Source: Acidianus sp. HS-5 (GTDB lineage: Archaea > Thermoproteota > Thermoprotei_A > Sulfolobales > Sulfolobaceae). Taken from it: a DNA stretch of 24,000 nt. A model generated the notes under the pieces. That model worked only from the letters and a program-made list of their open reading frames with translations, did no database searches and was not told the origin of the DNA. The stretch's first letter is position 1. The number at the start of each line of letters is the position of its first letter. Made by a program: the position numbers and the translations under genes. Positions 8,786 through 16,092 of this stretch are shown here, piece after piece. The DNA lies in the NCBI RefSeq assembly GCF_021655615.1, contig NZ_AP025245.1, positions 181,132-205,131 of the forward strand. Reading direction: 5' to 3'.

Positions 8786-10227
8786 TGAGAATCAATAACT
8801 ATAGCTGGGTTTCCATATATTTCTCAAGCTTGGCTCTGATAGCCACTTTCGGAGTCAATTTTACATTAGGAAGAATAACTTATACCGGGTATTTCATTAA
8901 TTGTAATTTAGCTAGAATGTTTCTAGTATTTTCCGCAATATTTATGGCTCTAAATTACGGATATTACCTATTTTTAATTCCAATATCTCTTTTATCTTAC
9001 GTTATTCCTCCAGAATTCATAAGTCCTTTGATTTTTCTAATCTCTCTTACAACGCTAAAGAACGCTAGAGGATTAAAAACTATTTTCCTAATAGCCGATT
9101 CTTTAGGGATAACTTATCTTATATTTTATATTTTCCATATTTATGTAAATTACTTGGTATTACCTCTAATATTAATTCAAGACGGCTTTACACCAATTAT
9201 AATTCCGTTAATGTTCTTAGGTATAATATATGGTCTTGGAAGAAAGATAAAATATGATGCGTTAAGAATTCCGTGGTATTTTCCTTTTATTATAGTTTTA
9301 CTTATAGTAATGTTACCACTTACTCCGTTAAACATATTCCATTATCCGGAAACTGTTGACTGGAGGTTTTATTATCAATGGCTAATCAAACCTGAATTAG
9401 GATGGTTCTTTTACTCAAGGCCTTTATATCTTTCTTTATTATTTGCTCTATCCAAACTTGTTAATGCGCTCACGTTATCTCAACTGGAAATGATTCCATT
9501 ATCGATATTATACCTATTTTCAGCATATAATCTAGGAAATTCTTTACAAAAAGGTTTGGGTCCGTTATCCGCACTGATGGCAGCAGTATCCCCTTCATTG
9601 CTCACATTCTTATACTCCGGTTTGGACTCTAATTTATTTTCAATATCACTATTCTTTTTAAGTTTGAGTTATTTGATTAACGGTAAATTAAAGACTTCAA
9701 TAGCTTTATCTTATGTGGCTCTCTTATCTCATGTTTATGCGTGGGCGCAGTTAGAGGGCGGAGTAATACTTTACATAATTGCAGAACGTGTAATATTTCA
9801 CGACGTTAAAAAGACCTATCTGGATTATGTTAAATATACATCTCCAATGTTTGTAATAGGAATAGCTCTAATATTAACTGGAATTTTACCAGTACCATTT
9901 GGTGATTCTTTTAATAACATTTATTCTCAGTTATCAATATTAAGCTGGGGTACTGCTAACGCCTTCCTTTATTATGCTATATCAATTTATGGTCTAGATG
10001 GAACGCATAAGCTAATTTACAGTTTATACGTAACGTCTATACTTGCAATAATTCCGTTATCAGTAGTCCAAAATTTAATAATTGATATCCCGTTTTTCAT
10101 ACCTGCAGCTATAGGTATTTCTAAATTGAAAAATGTTGGAAGGTCTATACTCCTATTTTTTATCATATGGGGATTGTATATGAGTTTGAACAGTTTTCCA
10201 TATATTTACAAGGGTGTTAGCATATGA
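8782..10227 (+). CDS. polytopic integral membrane protein, function unknown
   Basis: 481 aa, hydrophobic over almost the whole length with at least 10 candidate TM segments. It shares ATGA start/stop overlaps with both neighbours. I recognise no catalytic motif. Confidence 0.75.
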   Translation: MMRINNYSWVSIYFSSLALIATFGVNFTLGRITYTGYFINCNLARMFLVFSAIFMALNYGYYLFLIPISLLSYVIPPEFISPLIFLISLTTLKNARGLKTIFLIADSLGITYLIFYIFHIYVNYLVLPLILIQDGFTPIIIPLMFLGIIYGLGRKIKYDALRIPWYFPFIIVLLIVMLPLTPLNIFHYPETVDWRFYYQWLIKPELGWFFYSRPLYLSLLFALSKLVNALTLSQLEMIPLSILYLFSAYNLGNSLQKGLGPLSALMAAVSPSLLTFLYSGLDSNLFSISLFFLSLSYLINGKLKTSIALSYVALLSHVYAWAQLEGGVILYIIAERVIFHDVKKTYLDYVKYTSPMFVIGIALILTGILPVPFGDSFNNIYSQLSILSWGTANAFLYYAISIYGLDGTHKLIYSLYVTSILAIIPLSVVQNLIIDIPFFIPAAIGISKLKNVGRSILLFFIIWGLYMSLNSFPYIYKGVSI

Positions 10228-10784
10228 GGATATTAATAACCGGATTAAAAGGAGGAAGTGGGAAATCGACAATAGCTTACAGTATAATTAAGGACTTCCT
10301 CAAATCTGGGATAGTCCTTGATTTAGATTATACTTTAACGTTGACTAAACTATTGAAGGATGAAAATTTCAAGATACTCTCTATAGGAAATAGTAAAATC
10401 GATAAGAAATACTTTGAGTTTATTTATACTAAATCACTAAGAAATGAGGATAATGTGATAATAGACTCCTCAAATCCTTTCAACGAGATTATTCCATTAG
10501 AAAATAAAGTATATAGTGAGAATAAAAGAGAGTCAATAACTTATGCTCTGTTTGTTACTCCTCCCCTCTTCATGGAGAAAACCTTAGACCTGGCAAAGAC
10601 TTATGATAGGTTTATAACATCTTTATCGCCAACCGAATTAAGAAAAATACTTGTAATAAATTTTGTTAAAGATAACGAAGATATTTCAATAAACGAAATA
10701 AATTATGTGAAAATACCCTTTTTGAGACATTATATGTATAAATATTATATACCTTTAGGTGATCTAAAATGGTTGAATCCATAA
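10224..10784 (+). CDS. short ParA/MinD-family (SIMIBI) P-loop ATPase
   Basis: 186 aa. It has the deviant Walker A MRILITGLKGGSGKST with the signature Lys. It also has VLDLD (Walker A-prime/switch-like) and NVIIDSS (Walker B-like hydrophobic-Asp). Confidence 0.7.
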   Translation: MRILITGLKGGSGKSTIAYSIIKDFLKSGIVLDLDYTLTLTKLLKDENFKILSIGNSKIDKKYFEFIYTKSLRNEDNVIIDSSNPFNEIIPLENKVYSENKRESITYALFVTPPLFMEKTLDLAKTYDRFITSLSPTELRKILVINFVKDNEDISINEINYVKIPFLRHYMYKYYIPLGDLKWLNP

Positions 10785-10969
10785 GAAAAATAAATGATCT
10801 GGAATATGAAATAGATTTCAACAATAGCGTAGTAGTAACTATGAAGATAGAGGAAGAATTTCTTGAGGAAATAGATAAGGCTACGACAGTTCTTGGGTTT
10901 AAGAACAGAAGCGATCTGATAAGAGATGCACTAAAAGAATACTTAAAAAGCCTTAACACAGAATCTTAA
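10769..10969 (+). CDS. ribbon-helix-helix (CopG/Arc/MetJ-type) DNA-binding protein
   Basis: 66 aa. A tail of about 20 aa is followed by VVVTMKIEEEFLEEIDKATTVLGFKNRSDLIRDALKEYL, which fits a beta strand, helix 1, turn and helix 2. The start overlaps the ATPase gene by 16 nt. Confidence 0.7.
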   Translation: MVESIRKINDLEYEIDFNNSVVVTMKIEEEFLEEIDKATTVLGFKNRSDLIRDALKEYLKSLNTES

Positions 10970-11324
10970 TGGCTTCATCAATGCCTTGATATGTATCATA
11001 TATCAGGACTTCATTACCCTTTTTTATTATACAATGTTTACCGTCGACTAAAGCTATATTATTACCAGTTTTAGAAGGGAAAAATCCGAAGATACTTAAA
11101 TCATGAGTATAAACTATTTTATTACATACTTCTTCTCCCTTTTTCTCGTATTTCTCTAGGAATTTGTTAACGTCTTCCTGACTTTTTATCCTTGGCATCT
11201 TAGTTATCATGTAAGTCATCATGATTAAGAGTATTGATGGTAAAAATAAGATGGGCTTAGAAAAATAGTATCCTAACGATGTAGATAATGCCGATAGTGC
11301 AATTGTAATTACTTCTTTCATCAT
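10953..11324 (-). CDS. small membrane protein (two N-terminal TM helices plus a soluble domain), function unknown
   Basis: 123-aa ORF. It is divergent from the arnR-like gene, and its 3' end overlaps the RHH gene 3' end by 17 nt. Confidence 0.5.
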   Translation of the reverse strand: MMKEVITIALSALSTSLGYYFSKPILFLPSILLIMMTYMITKMPRIKSQEDVNKFLEKYEKKGEEVCNKIVYTHDLSIFGFFPSKTGNNIALVDGKHCIIKKGNEVLIYDTYQGIDEAIKILC

Positions 11325-11462
11325 TATTTTCCCCTCATAACTTATATTTATATTTTGATATAATGAATACCCTTAACAAGTAGTTATTTTGTATAAAATA
11401 AAATTATAATCTTACATAAACAGCATAAGGATGATTTTAGCATTGTTTAAAAACCAATATTA

Positions 11463-11470
11463 TTTTTATA
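11463..11470 (+). promoter_or_regulatory. candidate TATA box of the arnR-like gene
   Basis: tttttata is centred about 29 nt upstream of the ATG at 11496, consistent with a leaderless transcript. Confidence 0.4.
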
Positions 11471-11495
11471 CCCGAAAAAGTATAATGTTTTTTAG

Positions 11496-12296
11496 ATGTC
11501 GCTTGTAAATTTCATTAATACACTTAAGGAACTAGACGAAAGTATAGATTTCGCAAAAGGAGTTTATCAATGGAAGATAGTGTTAATACTTTTCATAAAA
11601 GGACCTATGAGTACTTCAGAAATAGCAAAAGAAATTGGAGTTAACAAGAAAAGCGTTATAGATTCAATACGAAAGTTAATAGACAAAGGATTGGTCGAAA
11701 GAGTAAAATATGATATTTATACCTTGTCAGAAAACGGTAAAAAATTAATGGAAAAACTTAGCGGGATTTCAACGCAACAGTTGCAAGTAATCGATTTAGA
11801 TCCTACTGAAGATATATTGAATAATGTAACTCATTACTATTACTTTGTTGAAATAGTAAAGGCATCCACTTTAAATAATTATAAGGTTCCTATCAATTCA
11901 TTGTGTAGAGAATTGGGAGTATCTAAGAGGACATTAATAAATTACCTTGATATATTTTCTACAAAATATAAATATTTCAAGAAAATAACTAAAAAAGGAT
12001 TATTTAGAAATAAAGTAGAATATATGCTCACAGATGAGGGTAAAAAGATTGCATATAAGATTCCTGGAACGTATAAACTGAGACGTAATACATTCTTAAA
12101 GATACTAACCAAGGTTACGCTAAGTAATTCCTTAGAATATTCGATATTTAAGATTCTTGTTTCATTTTCAATTACAGCTCCATTAATATTTATGTTATCA
12201 AAATATCCTGAAGATAAAATAGTTGCGGCAATATGGTTATATTTTCTTGTATTCTTCGGTGTCTCAAGTGTTTTGGCTTATCTATTATCTAAGTGA
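11496..12296 (+). CDS. arnR: membrane-anchored HTH one-component regulator, ArnR-like (archaellum regulatory network activator)
   Basis: 266 aa. The first winged-helix region is MSTSEIAKEIGVNKKSVIDSIRKLIDKGLVERV. A second HTH-like region is INSLCRELGVSKRTLINYLD. There are two C-terminal TM helices (ILVSFSITAPLIFML and IVAAIWLYFLVFFGVSSVLAYLL). This architecture and the location next to the arl operon match ArnR of Sulfolobus acidocaldarius. Confidence 0.65.
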   Translation: MSLVNFINTLKELDESIDFAKGVYQWKIVLILFIKGPMSTSEIAKEIGVNKKSVIDSIRKLIDKGLVERVKYDIYTLSENGKKLMEKLSGISTQQLQVIDLDPTEDILNNVTHYYYFVEIVKASTLNNYKVPINSLCRELGVSKRTLINYLDIFSTKYKYFKKITKKGLFRNKVEYMLTDEGKKIAYKIPGTYKLRRNTFLKILTKVTLSNSLEYSIFKILVSFSITAPLIFMLSKYPEDKIVAAIWLYFLVFFGVSSVLAYLLSK

Positions 12297-12329
12297 CTAC
12301 AAGTCGAAAGTGAAACTCAGATTTAAAAA
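12295..12329 (+). promoter_or_regulatory. third copy of the promoter module: GACTACAAGTCGAAAGTGAAACTCAGATTTAAAAA
   Basis: It has the same GACT-N4-GTCGAAA-N11-ATTTAAAAA spacing as 8283-8317. The TATA centre is about 27 nt upstream of the ATG at 12352. The module begins at the arnR-like stop codon (12294-12296). Confidence 0.55.
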
Positions 12330-12351
12330 GAAGGCTTTAGAAGATGGCAAT

Positions 12352-12843
12352 ATGGATCTGGTAAATCAAACGTTATTTTACACTGTAATGCAAGGTCATA
12401 CCTTGCTCTATTTCCTTCTAATTAAAATAGTAAGTGTTCAAGGAAACAGTGTTTTAGTTAATATCACAAATATTGATACTAATGGTGTTGTATTAAATTA
12501 CACTGCAGCAATGCCCTTGTTTCAAATAATTTGTAATAATTCTAGCGGAAGGCCGATAATGTTTGATGGAGTTAATGCAGAAGCCGTATGTCATAACGAA
12601 ATGAGAATAATTGTTGATACTTATAATCATTTGGTACTATCTTACGTAGAAAATGAAGAGAACTTTACATTAAACGGCAGTACAATACCAATAGCTCCAG
12701 GAAAGATATTGCACATTAACTTACCTTTTTCAAAAAATCATAGTATTATCACTACTTATGAGTATCAAGCTTTAGCCTTGAGTACGGTACTTGTATTCTC
12801 ATTCTATGTAATGTTAAATAGGGTGGAAAAACGAGAAACCTAG
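12352..12843 (+). CDS. small membrane-anchored protein (paralog B of 8339-8785), function unknown
   Basis: The track ORF starts at a TTG (12223) inside the arnR-like gene. The first ATG is 12352, with a TATA at -27, giving 163 aa. It has a C-terminal TM helix plus a charged tail and several sequons. Collinear matches to paralog A are HTxLY, CN and (N/D)GVxxExxCxNE. Confidence 0.55.
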   Translation: MDLVNQTLFYTVMQGHTLLYFLLIKIVSVQGNSVLVNITNIDTNGVVLNYTAAMPLFQIICNNSSGRPIMFDGVNAEAVCHNEMRIIVDTYNHLVLSYVENEENFTLNGSTIPIAPGKILHINLPFSKNHSIITTYEYQALALSTVLVFSFYVMLNRVEKRET

Positions 12844-12857
12844 GAAAGGCAATAATA

Positions 12858-13001
12858 TTGACAGCGATTGTATTGTTGATACTTGCCGGAGTCTTTTACA
12901 ATAACGAAAGACTTTCCACGACATTAGGAGATTTTGCATATTATGAATTAATATTGGGAATAATTATAATATTAATAAGTGAAAAACTAGGCAAGAACTA
13001 G
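12858..13001 (+). CDS. possible tiny two-TM protein (TTG start)
   Basis: An open frame after 12843 reads LTAIVLLILAGVFYNNERLSTTLGDFAYYELILGIIIILISEKLGKN. There is no ATG start and no homology is recognised. Confidence 0.2.
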   Translation: MTAIVLLILAGVFYNNERLSTTLGDFAYYELILGIIIILISEKLGKN

Positions 13002-13071
13002 CACTATTAAATCCTCTTCGCTATTACAAGAAAAATACTTTTTGATCATATTACTAAAAAGAAAAATATCT

Positions 13072-13398
13072 TTAAATCGTTATTATCAAGTCCACGTCTC
13101 CTACTCCTGCGTAAAAGTCTGGAAAGCAACCTATCTTAGCTTCCTCAATTAAAGAGCCTGCTAGGTTTCTCATGTAAGTACATTGGTCACAGGCTTGTAA
13201 GTATATTCCTTTCTCGTGGAGTTTCCTTAACCTTTCTGCAGTATCTGTTCCTTTAGTCAGCATGTAAACGTTATCGTGGACAAAGAATATTCCCTTAACT
13301 TCAGCGTTATGTCTCCCTTCCTCTAGCTGAGGGATTGCCATGTTCACTAAGATATACTGAGCTAGGTTAGTTAACGCAATATAAGCAATCTTCTTCAT
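13072..13398 (-). CDS. DsrE/TusD-family sulfur-relay-like protein
   Basis: 108 aa. Blocks VKGIFFVHDNVYML, GIYLQACDQCTYMRNL and the C-terminal GDVDLIITI follow the DsrE/TusD pattern, including the conserved Cys region. The start overlaps the upstream stop (TAATG). Confidence 0.6.
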   Translation of the reverse strand: MKKIAYIALTNLAQYILVNMAIPQLEEGRHNAEVKGIFFVHDNVYMLTKGTDTAERLRKLHEKGIYLQACDQCTYMRNLAGSLIEEAKIGCFPDFYAGVGDVDLIITI

Positions 13399-13754
13399 TA
13401 CGATATCCTCTCAAAGACTTCGTAAACCAAGTTCTTCACGTCTTCAGTTAGTCTGTAACCTCTTATCTCGCTCAGTTTTTCTATTGCCTCTCTATAGTTC
13501 TTCACTTCTCCGTTGTTTATCCATTCGCATATTGCCTCCAAAGCGATCTTTGTAGTAAAGCAGGACGGAGAATAATACCTTACGTCTATTTTTCCTCCTT
13601 CCTTCTTCCAGAATATTTGTACCGTACCTTTTGGCGTTTTTATAATATCAACGTTGTATCCTTCCAGGTTTCTTCCTACGTATTTTTGGTTCATTAGGAA
13701 ATCTGAGGCTGAAACTCTTTTTCTTGGGTTACAACAGTCGTCAAATTCTTTCAT
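13398..13754 (-). CDS. hypothetical Cys-containing protein co-transcribed with the DsrE-like gene
   Basis: 118 aa with an N-terminal DDCCNP motif plus two more Cys. TATA-like tttttatacc on the coding strand lies about 30-38 nt upstream of the ATG (13783-13792). Confidence 0.55.
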   Translation of the reverse strand: MKEFDDCCNPRKRVSASDFLMNQKYVGRNLEGYNVDIIKTPKGTVQIFWKKEGGKIDVRYYSPSCFTTKIALEAICEWINNGEVKNYREAIEKLSEIRGYRLTEDVKNLVYEVFERIS

Positions 13755-14049
13755 TTAGGGTCACCCTAAATACTACTCTAAGGTATAAAAACTTTACTAT
13801 AAAAAGTTTGAATATGAGGCTAATACTCGATAATTATCCTACTGGTAAGTTATAATATTTTGAACAATGTATAAGTTGTATTAAGGGACTTTTAAACTCT
13901 ACATAGATATTTATTTGCTTCTTAGGTAGTTAGCTAAGACTGATTCCTTCCTCTAGCTTAAACTAGCTCACAAGGTATAAAGTGCAGTAATATCCATGAA
14001 TAAGATTCCCTACTAAGCAAAAAGGTTAATTAATGTTATTAACTTCTTT

Positions 14050-14083
14050 ATCCTAGCTTTCTTTAGTCTCCCTAAGCTAGGAT
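14050..14083. repeat. 10-bp perfect inverted repeat (stem-loop with a 14-nt loop) in a long intergenic region
   Basis: atcctagctt (14050-14059) pairs with aagctaggat (14074-14083). Confidence 0.7.
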
Positions 14084-14240
14084 TTCATCAAACATGGATA
14101 AATAGTCTACCTAAATCAAAGAAGATCTTATTTCTGGTTATAATAATTAAATTTTTAATTTTATCGAAATATTCGAGTATTTATACTGTAAAAGTATGAT
14201 TATAAATTACGAATATTACTTCCTTCGCGTTTAATTGTAT

Positions 14241-15914
14241 ATGCCATCTGTCGCAGAAGTAATAGTAAAAGTTTTAGAAGACGAAGGAATAGAGAGAATT
14301 TACGGAATTCCAGGAGATTCAATAGATCCGTTAGTAGATGCAATAAGAAGGTCAAAGAAAATAAAATACATTCAAACAAGGCATGAAGAAGGTGCAGCTT
14401 TTGAGGCATCTGTAGAGGCAAAAATAACTCATAAGCCATCAGCGTGCATGGGGACTTCCGGACCAGGTTCAATTCACTTATTGAACGGACTTTACGATGC
14501 AAAGATGGACCACGCACCGGTAATAGCGTTTACTGGACAAGTAGAAAGCGATATGATAGGCAGGGACTACTTTCAAGAAGTTAACTTAACTAGACTCTTC
14601 GACGACGTGGCAGTATTTAACCAAATATTAGTAAATCCTGAAAGCGCAGAATACATTGTTAGGAGAGCTATAAGGGAAGCTAGGAGTAAAAGAGGCGTTG
14701 CTCACATTAATTTACCGGTAGATATTCTTAGGAAAGATGCTAAATACGAGGAGAGTAAACAAACGCTAACTCCAGAGGTAAGCTATTTACCGGATTTCTC
14801 TAAGGCTGTTGAAATGATAAATGAGAGTAAAAAGCCCGTTATCATGATAGGAGGAGGAGCAAGGGGATCTGCAAAGGAAATTAACGACTTTGCGGAAAAG
14901 ATAGGTGCACCGGTAATTCATGCACTTAACGGCAAGGGTGTCCTGTCAGACAGCGACCCTAAAGTTATGGGTGGTCTAGGTCTTCTGGGGACAAAGCCTT
15001 CAGTAAAAGCGATTGACAACGCAGATTTACTGATTTTGCTCGGAACGTCTTTCCCTTACGTTAATTTCCTACCAAGTGGAGTTAAAGTGATCCAAGTAGA
15101 CGTGGATGAAGCAAATATAGGTAAAAGGATACCGGTAGATTTAGCTTTTCCAGTACCTGTAAAGGACTTCCTAAGGATAAACGAGAAGGTAAATGAGAAG
15201 GAGGAGAAATATTACGAGAATATGAAGGAAAGTAAGGAAGATTGGTTAAAAGAGCTTTCAGAACAGGAAAACGATTTATCTAAACCGATGAAACCTCAGA
15301 GAGTAGCATATCTAGTTTCTCAAAAATGCGATAAGGACGCAACAGTAGTAACTGATGTAGGTAATGTAACTATGTGGACTGCAAGGAATTTCAGGGCTTC
15401 CGGTGAACAAGTTTTTGCCTTTTCCTCATGGTTGGGTTCTATGGGGATCGGAATTCCTGGAGGAATAGGAGCTTACTTTGCGAGAGGGAAGCAAACTATA
15501 GTCTTTGCAGGAGATGGAGGTTTTACAATGACAATGATGGAGTTAATAACTGCAAAGAAGTATAATGTACCGCTTAAAGTCGTGGCTTATAATAATTCTA
15601 AACTAGGTATGATAAAGTTTGAGCAGGAAGTAATGGGATATCCGGAATGGGGAGTAGACCTTTACAACCCTGACTTCGTGAAAATAGCTGAGGCCGTTGG
15701 GTTTAAAGGATATAGGATGGAAGACCCTAAAGACGAAAGCGTTATAGACGAATTCCTTAATACTGAAGGAGGAGCAATACTGGAGGCAGTAGTTAATCCT
15801 GACGAGAGGCCTATGCCACCTAAGCTAACGTTTAAGCAAGCCGAAGGTTATGTATTGTCTATATTTAGAGAAAAATGGATTGAAATCACCGAAGATAAAA
15901 GTAGTAAAAGATGA
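14241..15914 (+). CDS. poxB: thiamine-diphosphate enzyme of the pyruvate oxidase / pyruvate dehydrogenase (quinone) PoxB family
   Basis: The N-terminus GIPGDSIDPLVDAI...TRHEEGAAFEASVEAK...GPGSIHLLNGLYDAKMDHAPVIAFTGQV...YFQE is collinear with E. coli PoxB as I recall it. The ThDP-binding motif is GDGGFTMTMMELITAKKY...NN. The track start at 14235 is TTG; the ATG is at 14241. Confidence 0.8.
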   Translation: MPSVAEVIVKVLEDEGIERIYGIPGDSIDPLVDAIRRSKKIKYIQTRHEEGAAFEASVEAKITHKPSACMGTSGPGSIHLLNGLYDAKMDHAPVIAFTGQVESDMIGRDYFQEVNLTRLFDDVAVFNQILVNPESAEYIVRRAIREARSKRGVAHINLPVDILRKDAKYEESKQTLTPEVSYLPDFSKAVEMINESKKPVIMIGGGARGSAKEINDFAEKIGAPVIHALNGKGVLSDSDPKVMGGLGLLGTKPSVKAIDNADLLILLGTSFPYVNFLPSGVKVIQVDVDEANIGKRIPVDLAFPVPVKDFLRINEKVNEKEEKYYENMKESKEDWLKELSEQENDLSKPMKPQRVAYLVSQKCDKDATVVTDVGNVTMWTARNFRASGEQVFAFSSWLGSMGIGIPGGIGAYFARGKQTIVFAGDGGFTMTMMELITAKKYNVPLKVVAYNNSKLGMIKFEQEVMGYPEWGVDLYNPDFVKIAEAVGFKGYRMEDPKDESVIDEFLNTEGGAILEAVVNPDERPMPPKLTFKQAEGYVLSIFREKWIEITEDKSSKR

Positions 15915-15940
15915 TGGTTGTTGTATGTCTTTTAAATAAA

Positions 15941-15947
15941 TTTTTTT
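15941..15947 (+). terminator. oligo-T tract downstream of the poxB-like gene
   Basis: A T7 run begins 27 nt after the stop codon. Confidence 0.35.
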
Positions 15948-16092
15948 GTAAGATTTATGTGAGAGTAATACAATCCGAATATAATTACAACGTATATATT
16001 TTAATTGATATAAAAAGATATTTGTATGATACAATTTTGTCTTAGTAAGGAAAAATCCAACTTTATATTTGAGAGTATAAAAATGGGAATAT

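Noticed and set aside
10666-10959. 97-aa minus-strand ORF
   Set aside because: It is antisense to the ParA-like and RHH genes, which carry recognisable motifs.
12223-12351. N-terminal 43-codon extension of the 206-aa track ORF, overlapping the arnR-like gene
   Set aside because: The extension begins at a TTG inside the arnR-like coding region. The first ATG (12352) has a well-placed TATA box 27 nt upstream that matches the paralog's promoter, so I shortened the CDS.
14163-14186. ATCGAAA-N9-ATTTATAC upstream of the poxB-like gene, resembling the shared promoter module
   Set aside because: The spacing is 16 rather than 18 nt. There is no GACT-N4 part and the TATA sequence differs. It also lies 55 nt from the ATG. 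This is too weak to count as a fourth copy.
14200-14517. 105-aa minus-strand ORF
   Set aside because: It is antisense to the strongly supported PoxB-like N-terminus.
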